Virus record (IMG/VR): IMGVR_UViG_3300045988_119069
From: a virus
Direction: 5' to 3' (one strand)
DNA length: 64,000 bases
The translations under genes were made by a program, and so were the position numbers. The notes beneath the pieces are model-generated. The model did not search any database. It was not told where the DNA came from and saw only the letters and a program-made list of their open reading frames with translations. Positions 10,101-19,494 of this stretch are shown here, piece by piece; positions within the stretch are counted from its first letter, which is position 1; each line of letters starts with the position of its first letter.

Positions 10101-13100
10101 AGACCGATGGGTAAGTGCAGGAATGGGTGGCGATGCGTTGTTTATGAAATTGGTAAAAATGGCTCCGAAGGACAAGACTGGCTTGGTTGATGGGTTTAAT
10201 TGGAAAATAGGCAAACAGGGATATATCTATCGCGATACTTACGACAAAAACCGCAAGGCGGCTCCTGCTACAGACTTTAAGACACAGACGGATCTCGTTG
10301 ATTTTCTTTCTGCTTCTCGTTGGTATGTTAATGCGACAAGAAGAAGATCGAATACGCTAATTCAGATTGATAAGTCTTATAAAAACTGGGTTCCCGTAGG
10401 ATATACAGATTATACTGAAGACGATCCAGGAACTCTCGGAAAAGACGCTCCAGATAAGGACGCAATCGCGCAGGAAAAACGAGACAAACGCGACCGTGAG
10501 CGTGCTTGGCGTGAAGAACTGAAGCAGAAGCAAGACCAGGCGAAGGCTATCATGGACGATGTGGATAACTACTATGACCGTCAGATTAACGCTAAGTTGG
10601 CTCAAGCCATATCTCTTAATATGGATGAAGCCGAACAGAAGCAGTTTGTCCTCCCTCTTAAGCAAAACAAGGAAATAGCTCGTTCGCAGGTGCGTCTTGC
10701 GGTTGCAGGTCAACCGAATAAGTGGGAGGACGCAAAGAAGATGATGGCTGCTGATATGGTGGAGCAAGCGGACGAGACGGGTGTAAACCTTTCAAAAGAT
10801 TTGCTTGACGGTATATTGAAAAACGACATCGAAAATTTGCGCAAACTTATGGAGCAGTTGGGCAAAGGCCTCGGTCTGTCTATGAACTCCATCACAGCGC
10901 AAATCTTCGCAAAAGCCACACGCAGCGAGCAGGAACTTCTGAAGATGCAGTTCAAACAGATGGAGGCACGCCGTAAGATTGCGATGGAGCACGACTATAC
11001 GGGTATTGTTCAGCAAAACTCGTATGACAACTTCAATGAAATGGGTTATTCTGCGCCTACAAAGGAGGAGACAACCGTTACAAAGAAGATGGTTGACGGT
11101 AAGGAGATTCTCGACAATTCGGCTTTCGAGAAGCGCAAGAAGATCATTAAAGAGATGTTCGAGGCGGCTCGCCGGAATATTGCCCAGCTCTATACGATTG
11201 ATGTTACTACTACAAAGGGTAGGGGAATGTTGATGAAGATGCTCTTTGGCGATGATCCCGACGGCATGGCAGCTCGTATCAAGACATCGTTAGGTGAGAG
11301 CGAAGATAGCTGGAAGGCTTTTTATCAGAACCTTATCCAGTATTCGGACAATTATGCGGAAGCTGAAAAAAAGAAGTACGACTCTGCAAAGAAAATAGTT
11401 GATTTTTGGTGGTCCTCCAATAAGCGCAATCTTGCCCAACAAACAAAACTGCGCAAGATGGAGAACGAAAGCAAGATGTTCGGCAAACGCACAAACCTTC
11501 TCTCTAATCTCGGTCTCGCAAACCTTACAGCCGACCCTGAGATAGAATTAATGAAGGCGCGTATGCAAGCTGCTGAAGACTATTACGCCTTTGTAGAACG
11601 TAACACGAAGAACAAGCAGCTTATCGACGAAGCCGAACGTGCCCGTCAGGAGGCGGAACTTGCCTATGCAAATCAGATGGCAACAGCTATGAAGTCGCGC
11701 CTCTCGCAGATGAAGGAACTTGTGCAGCCCATTGAGGATTTTGGCGGAGCCGTAGGACAGGCTCTTGCCGAAATGCGCTATGATGCCGAGAGCGCAAACG
11801 ACGCTATAAAGTCTGCCCTCAAGTCTATGCTTGAATCATGGGGAAAGATGGCACTTAACGATGTGAACACACAAATGTGGAAAGCCATTAACGATGCCGC
11901 TGCCAAAAAAGGTAAGGCGAACGCACAGCCTGATATAGACGCGGCCCGTGCAAATGCCAATGCAAATGTTATTATGCCTGACTTCACCAATATTGGTACG
12001 GAGCAGAATCCGGTGTGGGTGCGCATCGTTGACAATCATTATGAGAACGCCAACGGCGACCGTGTGGGTGCTCCACGAGCATGGCGCAAGCGCAATGGTT
12101 ATTCCACTGAAGACGACCGCGACGGATTTGCCCAATATGTAGGACAGGTAGGTGGCGAAGTCGCAGGTGTGGTTACAAGTGGTGGCTCTTTGTCTGATGT
12201 TGCAGCAAACGGATTAGGAGCAGCCCTTAACGTCCCTATTAGTGGCAAGGGAAAAAGCTCAAAAGACAAGGACAATCAGCTCAAGAAGGAAAAGAATCAT
12301 CAAAAGGCTCTTACCAAGGAGGTAAAGAAGGGGCTTTCCGACCGAGAGAAGGCTACTGATAAAGGCGTAAAGAATATCACGAAGTCAACCGAACAAGGCA
12401 ATGACGAACAAAGCAAGGGTACGGAATTAGCGCAAAAAGGCATGCTTGCAGGAACCGAGAAGTTCCTGAATACTTCCTTCCAACTCAAGCAGAAGAACAA
12501 TGACGAGCAGGCAAACGCAGACGCGGATCTTGCAGAGAAACAAATGACGTTTTCTATTGCTGGTGCCATTGGTAAGTGTTTTCAGTTCTTAGGCCCGATT
12601 GCCGGACCTATCGCAGCAGCCGTAGTAATGTCAACTCTTACGGGATTGATGCAGTGGGCGTTAAGCTCGGCTTTCAATAAGAAGAAAAGTTCTTCCAAAG
12701 GTCCGAATACTAAGGTTGTTTCCGGCATGCTCACCTACGACTCCGGTAACGTGCAAGACCTCCGTCCGTTCGTCGGCAACGATGGCAGTCTTTATTGGGC
12801 AACCGAGGACAATAAGCCACACGACGGCGTAAACCTCCTTACACGTCCTACCGCCACCACCATCAACGGTCATCCGTCCCTGGTAGCCGAGAATGGTCCA
12901 GAGTTGGTAATCGGCCGAGAGACCACGCAAGCCATGATGATGAACAACCCACAACTATTGAAGGCTCTCGTCAATTACGACCGCAACTATTCAGGTCGCC
13001 GCGCCTACGACAACGGCAATGTAGCCGAAACAAGCCCCACAGTAGCCGCAGGAGCTTCTGTAAGCGACGAAATGGTGTCTGTACAAGCCAACACAAATAT

Positions 13101-13236
13101 TGCGCTCCAGCAAGCCGTAAACGCGCTCCTGCAACGTTTGGAGCAGCCTATTGAGGCGAAGATTGACATGTACGGCCGTGGCAAGCTCTATGACAGCATG
13201 GCAAAGGCCGACCGCTTTATGAAGAATAAGTCATAG
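7147..13236 (+). CDS. tail tape measure protein
   Basis: 2029 aa with long coiled coils, a TP901-type core-like segment (SGSLTDIRKVSGLTMEQVKQLSTELAKIDTRTSVDGLAQLAYEASKLGV) and hydrophobic segments. Ends in TAG. Confidence 0.85.
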   Translation: MANLKTEIILSMNGKAAIQVLEALRDKAKAVREEIDNLDKNAPDFKEQKAGLEKVYDALQSAHENVIKDTERLDHALQNLTSTSLQNLRKALGDGRRQLQKLSEDELEQADELRKKMKQIGDEVRLLEGQYVKIADGLKNVSNQSDQWLDKAIKQQRDLVGSLEKSDASYQQNLATLKQLEAEEDRRKGKMNVAEARQTVSDDNASASDLRRAKATLTEARDKTAIGKTGEIDSYNRDLQEIEKRLEAVSGKAQKVAMSWNEAKQVLAAPNKATGEDIKRTMEVIQQKIQQLPAGSKFVADLRRQYSMLEQTLKGTRMSQSALNDILARSKKGKASLDELRRAYKQLEDELNQINIKSKEFADKQKSMKELKKNIDEVTGAANKQGGAWHTAMKNLTAYVGLFAIFNHVKDLVAGAIKKNFEYSGSLTDIRKVSGLTMEQVKQLSTELAKIDTRTSVDGLAQLAYEASKLGVGKYGVEGMAQFVRAADKINVAIGEEMGEKALPSLLKMTEVMGLIPKMGLEKSIEAVGSSMFKLASTSTATSSDITEFAKRCTGVARTAGITTDQLLALGSAFSAQMASPEVAATAMSKFIVALQKNHNLIEKDLAIPAGTINSMYQAGNAMDAIVLILEKMKEKGNMNALGEIFKDVGGDGQRLISSMVTMAKNVDMLKDHLYESQEAFEEATAVGKEYSMQQQSAIGILERANNLWEKAFVNPDGVDAVKSLAEFWYEMSATMTNSPLLKGTLQIALQMVLISLKGLATFLPVIIGYMASQGVYSGLRLLWQYVVALGMAGKAMFQYVRALFTANAAQSTLNKTMKLNPWIALASVIIGVAGAIYGYTQRAKEAAEAAKEAQRQANAWRETLGQAAVETSNLNKKLANYKRMMSEANLSQKERQGLISRFNREFRSYINKLGIEIKSVKDLRDHYSELAQEAQRSTYYRMREQAKQQALPKLDSNRNAASNALMAHVEKLGLTKLGVTFQDIDRWVSAGMGGDALFMKLVKMAPKDKTGLVDGFNWKIGKQGYIYRDTYDKNRKAAPATDFKTQTDLVDFLSASRWYVNATRRRSNTLIQIDKSYKNWVPVGYTDYTEDDPGTLGKDAPDKDAIAQEKRDKRDRERAWREELKQKQDQAKAIMDDVDNYYDRQINAKLAQAISLNMDEAEQKQFVLPLKQNKEIARSQVRLAVAGQPNKWEDAKKMMAADMVEQADETGVNLSKDLLDGILKNDIENLRKLMEQLGKGLGLSMNSITAQIFAKATRSEQELLKMQFKQMEARRKIAMEHDYTGIVQQNSYDNFNEMGYSAPTKEETTVTKKMVDGKEILDNSAFEKRKKIIKEMFEAARRNIAQLYTIDVTTTKGRGMLMKMLFGDDPDGMAARIKTSLGESEDSWKAFYQNLIQYSDNYAEAEKKKYDSAKKIVDFWWSSNKRNLAQQTKLRKMENESKMFGKRTNLLSNLGLANLTADPEIELMKARMQAAEDYYAFVERNTKNKQLIDEAERARQEAELAYANQMATAMKSRLSQMKELVQPIEDFGGAVGQALAEMRYDAESANDAIKSALKSMLESWGKMALNDVNTQMWKAINDAAAKKGKANAQPDIDAARANANANVIMPDFTNIGTEQNPVWVRIVDNHYENANGDRVGAPRAWRKRNGYSTEDDRDGFAQYVGQVGGEVAGVVTSGGSLSDVAANGLGAALNVPISGKGKSSKDKDNQLKKEKNHQKALTKEVKKGLSDREKATDKGVKNITKSTEQGNDEQSKGTELAQKGMLAGTEKFLNTSFQLKQKNNDEQANADADLAEKQMTFSIAGAIGKCFQFLGPIAGPIAAAVVMSTLTGLMQWALSSAFNKKKSSSKGPNTKVVSGMLTYDSGNVQDLRPFVGNDGSLYWATEDNKPHDGVNLLTRPTATTINGHPSLVAENGPELVIGRETTQAMMMNNPQLLKALVNYDRNYSGRRAYDNGNVAETSPTVAAGASVSDEMVSVQANTNIALQQAVNALLQRLEQPIEAKIDMYGRGKLYDSMAKADRFMKNKS

Positions 13237-13266
13237 GTTAATGAATTATCAAATGTTAAAATTGTT

Positions 13267-13301
13267 AAGACCGTTTCGTTGAGATAGCGAGACGGTCTTT
13301 T
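13267..13301 (+). terminator. rho-independent terminator after the tape measure gene
   Basis: AAGACCGTTTCG ... CGAGACGGTCTT stem followed by TTT. Confidence 0.6.
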
Positions 13302-13656
13302 CGTATGTGCCTTTTTCCCGAATTAAAATGGCGAACCTTGCACCTCTGTAACTTATTGATACTTTGCATTTTCAACGTGTCATATACGTCAAGAGTGCAT
13401 AAATACATAGGAATCCTCTACTATATACTTTATTTTCCGACCATTTCTTTTCTTCCCCATTTTCAAAATCCCCGAACCTCAAATCAAAGGTTAGTAGCAT
13501 TAACGCCTATGGCGTAACTAATACACTCTCAGTAAGTTATGGATGTATGAGAAAGGGGCAGCTCGGCAGAAAATGATGGATTTATGTGGAAATATGATGT
13601 ATTTTCTTATATATTTTTTTCCTTACGCACCCTTATATCTATAAAAAATAATTAAA

Positions 13657-13842
13657 TTTTTGCACTCTTAGAATATAACTAATTGAAAATTTGGAAGATA
13701 AGTAGGATTTTGGTTAGCACAAAGCTTGCTCAAAGCATACATTTGCCTTGCACATTCAGAACGTGTTTTGCACTCTTGGAGTAAGGACGTTCGGCTTGTT
13801 TTCTTAAAGTATGCACATTTGATTTCGGTTTTGCACTCTTGG
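13657..13842 (+). repeat. three direct copies of TTTTGCACTCTTRG in a 690-bp non-coding region
   Basis: Copies at 13657-13671, 13766-13779 and 13829-13842. The last two sit in ~65-bp imperfect direct repeats that also share GCACATT. A related copy lies at 27226-27237. Confidence 0.6.
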
Positions 13843-13919
13843 GGAGTCTGAAGTGCAAGTTTACACAAAAGTCTTGAAAAGTTAAAAATGTATAAAAACA
13901 TGGATAAACGAACGTAAGT

Positions 13920-13951
13920 TTTGGTTATGTTTGTTTTTATTCTTAAATTTG
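13920..13951 (+). promoter_or_regulatory. candidate Bacteroidota-type promoter (-33 TTTG, -7 TAAATTTG)
   Basis: TTTG at 13920-13923 and TAAATTTG at 13944-13951, with a 20-nt gap, about 40 nt upstream of the 13990 start. Confidence 0.4.
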
Positions 13952-13989
13952 CAGTGATAACAATACTGACATTCGTTTAAGGCTATAAT

Positions 13990-15051
13990 ATGTTTGATGA
14001 AATTTGCTCAATATACGAGTCGTCCACCGACAACAAGGGTAGGTTTGTTGACCGTGAGACGGGCGAGTGCATACAGCAGATGACTATCCGTGAGTTTTGT
14101 CTGACGGACAGATGGAAGCCGTATGTGCAGCGGCTGCGTGCCATGCGTCAGGAATTAGGCAGCAAGGCGAAGAAGATGCCGGAATATATCGAGACGAAGA
14201 AGATGTTGCCGGGTGCTACCCTTAGTGGACTGTTCGAGCTCTGGGAGGATGACTGCATTGACAAGAACGGACGCACATATCGCGATGTAGTCAGCCGACG
14301 CGAAACGCATCTGAAGCAGCACACAGGCTGGTTAGCCATCGACATAGACTTGGACGACAATCAGCAGATTACCTGCTTTGACAATATCCGAAAGGTTTGC
14401 CGTTTTCGTCCGGAGGTGGCATTGCTCATGCGTTCCTGTTCAGGTACTGGCTATTTCGGCTTGGTGCGTTTGGCTTACCCTGAACAGCATAAGGCGCAGT
14501 TTAAGGCTCTGAGGCAGGAATATGCAGTGTTAGGCATCACGCTTGACAAGGCATGCAGCAACATCGGGCGTGTGCGCTTCGCCTCATGGGACGACCCTGA
14601 GCATATATATATAAACGAAAAAGCCATTCCATATAAAGGTCTGGATGCGGGAGAGACACAAATCTTGCTGACAGACACATCACACCGGCATCAGCCGGGC
14701 AGGTACAGCAAGGGTCCTGACAGTTGTGACATTATCTATCTGAAGGCTTCACGACTGGTCAGCAAGATAGAGGCGTGTGGCGTTGACATTATGGGATGTT
14801 ATGACGAATGGGTAAGATGCGGAATGGCATTGCACGATGTGTCGGCTTTGTATGGATATGATATGTGGAAGAGGGTTTCACGTTTTCGTCCCTCCGAAGC
14901 GTCACACGGACATAAAGACAGCGACTTCAGTAGTCGTTGGGCAGGTTTTGCCAACAGCCGTGTGAGAGCAGAGACGTTTTTCTGGATGTGTAAGAATAGC
15001 AATATAGAGCTGACGGATGATGATCTCAGAGAGATTTATCAGACACAGTAA
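13990..15051 (+). CDS. putative AEP-type primase-polymerase / PriCT-domain replication protein
   Basis: WLAIDIDLDD (DxD motif), SCSGTGYF, and a C-terminal YDEWVRCGMAL segment resembling the primase C-terminal (PriCT) domain. Confidence 0.5.
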   Translation: MFDEICSIYESSTDNKGRFVDRETGECIQQMTIREFCLTDRWKPYVQRLRAMRQELGSKAKKMPEYIETKKMLPGATLSGLFELWEDDCIDKNGRTYRDVVSRRETHLKQHTGWLAIDIDLDDNQQITCFDNIRKVCRFRPEVALLMRSCSGTGYFGLVRLAYPEQHKAQFKALRQEYAVLGITLDKACSNIGRVRFASWDDPEHIYINEKAIPYKGLDAGETQILLTDTSHRHQPGRYSKGPDSCDIIYLKASRLVSKIEACGVDIMGCYDEWVRCGMALHDVSALYGYDMWKRVSRFRPSEASHGHKDSDFSSRWAGFANSRVRAETFFWMCKNSNIELTDDDLREIYQTQ

Positions 15052-15198
15052 ACAGGAAGGAATTTTGCCTTAAAATACCTTCTATGCGAGTCCTATGCGA
15101 GTTCTATTCGTGTCCTATTCGTGTTCTATGATTCTTCATTTTATATTTACTTCTTTTTCATTGATTATTTTAAATGAAAAATTTCAATAAAACGATAT

Positions 15199-15696
15199 AT
15201 GAAACTAATAACAATTACCGGTCCGAGTGGTGCAGGAAAGGACACTGTGGCTCGGATGCTGTCTGATCTGGGCGGCTATAAGGTGTTGTGTTCTTATACT
15301 ACACGTCCGAAGCGTGAAGGCGAGATTGACGGTTTGGAACACCATTTTGTAGAGAAATGCGACGTGCCACACGACAAGATGCTTGCATACACACAGTATG
15401 GTGGCTATGAATACTGGACCACCATCGACCAGGTGACGGACAAGGCTATTTACGTCATTGACGAAGACGGACTGAGAGCTTTGCGTAAGAAGCTTCACAA
15501 CGTAGATCTGTTTTCTATTTATGTGTCGGCAAATGAAGCAACCCGACTGCGCCGAGGAGTGTCACAGGAACGCATAGCCCGCGACATGGAACGCAAGCAT
15601 CTGCCGTTTTCGTTCTTCAACGCATTCATCTTCAACAATGATTTGCTAAGCGACTTGCTTGACGAGGTGCAGCGAGTGAAATATATGATTGTGTGA
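15199..15696 (+). CDS. guanylate kinase-like nucleoside monophosphate kinase
   Basis: P-loop GPSGAGK and YTTRPKREGEIDGLEHHFV. Confidence 0.75.
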   Translation: MKLITITGPSGAGKDTVARMLSDLGGYKVLCSYTTRPKREGEIDGLEHHFVEKCDVPHDKMLAYTQYGGYEYWTTIDQVTDKAIYVIDEDGLRALRKKLHNVDLFSIYVSANEATRLRRGVSQERIARDMERKHLPFSFFNAFIFNNDLLSDLLDEVQRVKYMIV

Positions 15697-15753
15697 GCAT
15701 CGAGAATATGAAAATGCACTATCTATTAAATAACAAACTAAAATTCATAAGTA

Positions 15754-16650
15754 ATGAAATTCACCGAGCCACAAGTGGAATGGTGGCAGCAGACCTCTCT
15801 TGCACAACATATAGCAAGGGTGGGCAGAATATGCTACAAGGCTAAGGGCAAGCAGCCCGAAGAAGGAATGACCGAAGAGGAGGTGGAAGCCTTTATTCAG
15901 AAGCGCGACGAGGAACGCTGCAAGGGATTTTGGGAAAGCGGACACTGTTCGATGTATCGCCACGGCACTGTCTACTTCTTCATGCCCAACGAAAAGGGTC
16001 TACCTAACTACATCTGGGCATATCTGAATGCTTCGCCTTACATCGACTATGCCACAAAGAACCACAAAGCATGGATTAGCACTAATATGCAGTTTATGCT
16101 TGAGAACAAGAACCTGATGGACGCGCTTAGCCCGTATGGTGTCAGCGAAGACGAGTTTATTGAGAAGGCTCGGAAGTACGAGTGCGAGGAGGCTTTCTCC
16201 ATTATCCGCATGACGCTGGTAGTAACCACGCAGATAAGCACATCGCGCGAGCTCAACCGCACATCGCCCAATAGCATAGCCGAGCAGAGCACACGCTATT
16301 GCAATCTGGAGAAGAAGGGAGGCGTACAGATAGCACGTCCGCATTGGTATGATGAAGGCACTCGTTGGCAGCGTATGGTGTATGGCTTTGTATGCCGAGT
16401 GTGCGAGTGGGGCTACAACCGACTTCTGAAGGCGGGATTGAAGCCGCAGGATGCACGAGGTGTTCTGCCTCTTGACACCTATACTGTTGTGGCATATACA
16501 TACACTATTGCCGACTGGAAGCATATTCTTGACTTGCGCTATCATCGTAAGACGGGCACACCGCATCCCAATGCAAAGATTGTTGGCGAGAAGATACGTA
16601 ACATCATCCTTGAGCGCATGCGCCAATACTTTGCGGTGTTTGACATTTAA
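15754..16650 (+). CDS. ThyX-like flavin-dependent thymidylate synthase homologue with a divergent signature
   Basis: RELNRTSPNSIAEQSTRY aligns to the ThyX motif RHRxxSxxxxSxRY, but RHR is replaced by RTS. The C-terminal DARGVLPLDTYTVVAYTYTIADWKHILDLR is ThyX-like. Confidence 0.65.
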   Translation: MKFTEPQVEWWQQTSLAQHIARVGRICYKAKGKQPEEGMTEEEVEAFIQKRDEERCKGFWESGHCSMYRHGTVYFFMPNEKGLPNYIWAYLNASPYIDYATKNHKAWISTNMQFMLENKNLMDALSPYGVSEDEFIEKARKYECEEAFSIIRMTLVVTTQISTSRELNRTSPNSIAEQSTRYCNLEKKGGVQIARPHWYDEGTRWQRMVYGFVCRVCEWGYNRLLKAGLKPQDARGVLPLDTYTVVAYTYTIADWKHILDLRYHRKTGTPHPNAKIVGEKIRNIILERMRQYFAVFDI

Positions 16651-16676
16651 TCATTAATATAAACTATATATATATC

Positions 16677-17066
16677 ATGGCGAATTTAACATTAAACGAA
16701 TATCAGAACAAGGCAATGAGTACTTGTATGCCTGAGAGTGACAATCTCTTCTATATGCTTGCCAATCTCGTAGGTGAGGTTGGCGAGTTTGCAAGCAAAG
16801 CCGGCAAGCACATGCGTAAGGGCAAGCTGCATATAACCACAACACAACGCGACGAGGAAGGCAAGATCCTGCATACGCAGGTATGGAACGTCAGCGACGA
16901 GGAACGTCATCTTATGCTCTCTGAAATCGGCGACATTCTCTGGCAGACTGCAGGACTGGCAAAAGTAATGGGCGTTACGCTCGAAGATGTGGCAGAAGAA
17001 AACCTCGCAAAATTTGCCTCTCGCAAGCAGCGAAATGTCATTGCCGGCGATGGTGACGAGCGTTAG
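16677..17066 (+). CDS. MazG-like nucleoside triphosphate pyrophosphohydrolase
   Basis: LVGEVGEFASK and EIGDILW motifs. 129 aa. Ends in TAG. Confidence 0.75.
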   Translation: MANLTLNEYQNKAMSTCMPESDNLFYMLANLVGEVGEFASKAGKHMRKGKLHITTTQRDEEGKILHTQVWNVSDEERHLMLSEIGDILWQTAGLAKVMGVTLEDVAEENLAKFASRKQRNVIAGDGDER

Positions 17067-17109
17067 TATTTTATCCCGATAATCGACCTTATGATAAATA
17101 GCATAAATT

Positions 17110-18066
17110 ATGGCTAAATCAAATCCTATCAAAGCGCGAGAAGAACTGGTGCGCAGTCAGCCCACCATCTACTCTTTCAACTTTCGTGATGTGCCTTCGG
17201 GTAAGTATGCCGAGACGCTGGACGTGCTCTTCCATAATCCGGATTATAGCGAAGCCGTTGAGAAGCGTAATCGTCTTGTGAAGTCGGCTGAGCGTTTGCG
17301 TCCGGGTTCGAGCGAAATGGTGAACCTTATGCGTACCATCCAGCAACATGACCGCAAATTGGCGGACACTATGTATGCCTCCATCGTGCAGACAAATCTA
17401 CATTCAGAGGTTAGCTATGATTTTCTTTCGTTCGGCACCCTGTTGAAGTATTATGTTAATTACAAGAAGGACGGTATGCGTGAGCGTGTTGACCGCATGG
17501 CAGCCAATCTTGATAAGGTTACGTTCCTCGCCGATATGCTTGAGAGTATTGTTACCGACGTGAAAGCTGATATGCGGGAGGTGTTTGATGGCAGCATTGA
17601 GTTCAATCAGTTTGATGCGGTACTGCATGTTCTTACTCAACTACGCGGATTCTTTAAGTCTGCCCGACGTGGCGATGCTGATTCGCCCGAGGCTCAGCTC
17701 TACTTCGACTACTCCGACTCCATCAATGATTATCTTGAGAAAAGACTGAAGACATATATCGACAAGTATCGCAAACTGCATCCGGCTGCGCAAGTCTACA
17801 CTGAAGCCGACCTCATAGAAGGTCTGAATCAGTTCTTTGGTCGTAGCGAGAAGTTCGACATGAGCGTTATCGCTCATACCGAGTCGGGAGGTTGCTATAT
17901 CGACCTTGCGCAGCTCTGCCTTCGTCTTAGTAGAAACGACATTGAGAGGATAGAAAAAGTGACTGGCAAAATGCAGTCTAACAGCATGACCGATGCTGCA
18001 TTGCGCTACAGCTTCAATGCCACTGATTTAATTATGAGCCAATACCAACGGCCCAAACCAAAATAA
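17110..18066 (+). CDS. hypothetical protein
   Basis: 318-aa ORF tightly packed with its neighbours. Confidence 0.55.
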   Translation: MAKSNPIKAREELVRSQPTIYSFNFRDVPSGKYAETLDVLFHNPDYSEAVEKRNRLVKSAERLRPGSSEMVNLMRTIQQHDRKLADTMYASIVQTNLHSEVSYDFLSFGTLLKYYVNYKKDGMRERVDRMAANLDKVTFLADMLESIVTDVKADMREVFDGSIEFNQFDAVLHVLTQLRGFFKSARRGDADSPEAQLYFDYSDSINDYLEKRLKTYIDKYRKLHPAAQVYTEADLIEGLNQFFGRSEKFDMSVIAHTESGGCYIDLAQLCLRLSRNDIERIEKVTGKMQSNSMTDAALRYSFNATDLIMSQYQRPKPK

Positions 18067-18074
18067 TAACCGTT

Positions 18075-18809
18075 ATGCCTAATATTTACCTTCGCCTACC
18101 TACGAGTCGCTGCCAGTTTTTCCGCAATCGCGACCCCAAGCACGTGCTTGCCAAGGACGAGCCGTTGGTGTTTAGTCCGTATATGCCTCACCACTTCGTA
18201 TTGCGCAAGTATATAACCAACATTCCTGCCGTTGCACAAAAGGTGAACCCGCAATGCTTCTCACATCAACAATGGCGTAACATGATGCAAGGCAAACACC
18301 CCAACGGTGGAGAGATTGTCACAAAGCGTGATTCGCATGAATACCTGTCTTTTGACGAGGTGCAACGGTTTAATGGAATACAGGAATACTCTAAAAGTGA
18401 CAAAGAAGACTATTTGTGTATAAAGCTACCTTCGGAGGTAGAGGTGATTGACGTGGTTCGTCAGGTCACGCCGGCATGGAATCTGAGTACGCGCGGCATC
18501 CGTCAGTTGCTTATCATGCTGAACGACGATTTTAAGCGTAGTGTCGTAGAATGGGCTTTAGCCACATTCGACTATTGCATATCCAATAAGCGCATCATTT
18601 GCCGTCGTCAAACAGCTATGCTTGAGCGATTCTTGATGCGCTATGGCATAGACCAGAATGAGAATGAAAAAGACACCCTACGTCGCATCATCAATCGTTG
18701 GCTGACTTCGGATCATAGCAATTTCAAAGCTTATTCATTTGCTGATATGCAGTATATAGATGACAGCGAGAAGGTTTATTTCGTAGATGATATATTGTTT
18801 GGCGATTAG
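18075..18809 (+). CDS. hypothetical protein
   Basis: 244-aa ORF. Ends in TAG, with an in-frame TAA 6 codons later. Confidence 0.55.
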   Translation: MPNIYLRLPTSRCQFFRNRDPKHVLAKDEPLVFSPYMPHHFVLRKYITNIPAVAQKVNPQCFSHQQWRNMMQGKHPNGGEIVTKRDSHEYLSFDEVQRFNGIQEYSKSDKEDYLCIKLPSEVEVIDVVRQVTPAWNLSTRGIRQLLIMLNDDFKRSVVEWALATFDYCISNKRIICRRQTAMLERFLMRYGIDQNENEKDTLRRIINRWLTSDHSNFKAYSFADMQYIDDSEKVYFVDDILFGD

Positions 18810-18878
18810 AATAACGTAAACAAGAGTTAAATTAAAATTTAAAACAAGTTAAAAAACAGCCGTTTTAGGTGTACAAAA

Positions 18879-19370
18879 ATGCAACTACCCGATAAATGCA
18901 AAGAATTGTTCCTCGAAGGCATTACTGATGTGATGTTTTATCCAAGGGAAGAGTGTGTTATCCCTGTGCCGTTCAATATGGCACAAGTGTTATATATTAA
19001 TAATTGTAGTCTGCCTGCCGAGCCAACTTTGCGCTTGGCTACGAGTGGCGAAAACTACGTTATTGTAGAGAATCTTAAAGTGAAGATGACGTTCGCCAAA
19101 CAGGGCAATGGCACTATATATACATATAATATTAGTGCTAATGTGGCAAATGGAGGCGAAAATGTGGCTGAAGCGTACCGAAATATGCGTGATAAGGAGT
19201 ATCTTGTGGTATTGCGCAAGATGGACGTTTCGTTGCTGTTGTGCTATACCTTACCCCATACATTCGGTATTGGTGGTACCACGGATCACAGCCAGACTGA
19301 TTTGTCGCGAACCGTCACAGCCACCACTCAAGCCCTGTCGGAGCCTATACCCATCACGCTTCGAGAGTAA
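18879..19370 (+). CDS. hypothetical protein
   Basis: 163-aa ORF followed by a terminator. Confidence 0.5.
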   Translation: MQLPDKCKELFLEGITDVMFYPREECVIPVPFNMAQVLYINNCSLPAEPTLRLATSGENYVIVENLKVKMTFAKQGNGTIYTYNISANVANGGENVAEAYRNMRDKEYLVVLRKMDVSLLLCYTLPHTFGIGGTTDHSQTDLSRTVTATTQALSEPIPITLRE

Positions 19371-19413
19371 AGCTATGCAACCATTTTTCTGATACATTAT
19401 ATTATACTGTTTA

Positions 19414-19447
19414 GAGCCGCTATTCGTGAGAATGGCGGCTTTTTTTG
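19414..19447 (+). terminator. rho-independent terminator
   Basis: GAGCCGCTATT ... AATGGCGGCT stem followed by TTTTTTTG. Confidence 0.65.
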
Positions 19448-19480
19448 TCCTAATGTTAAAAACCACGGTCTTTAATTTTG
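19444..19480 (+). promoter_or_regulatory. possible promoter for the tRNA (-7 box TAATTTTG)
   Basis: TAATTTTG at 19473-19480 matches TAnnTTTG, 15 nt before the tRNA 5' end. The upstream TTTG at 19444-19447 is spaced 25 nt away, which is longer than typical. Confidence 0.3.
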
Positions 19481-19494
19481 CACATGGATAACAC

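Noticed and set aside
13668-13901. A 77-aa minus-strand ORF with repeated QECKT.
   Set aside because: The repeat in the peptide is simply the reverse complement of the TTTTGCACTCTTGG DNA boxes. The region looks regulatory.
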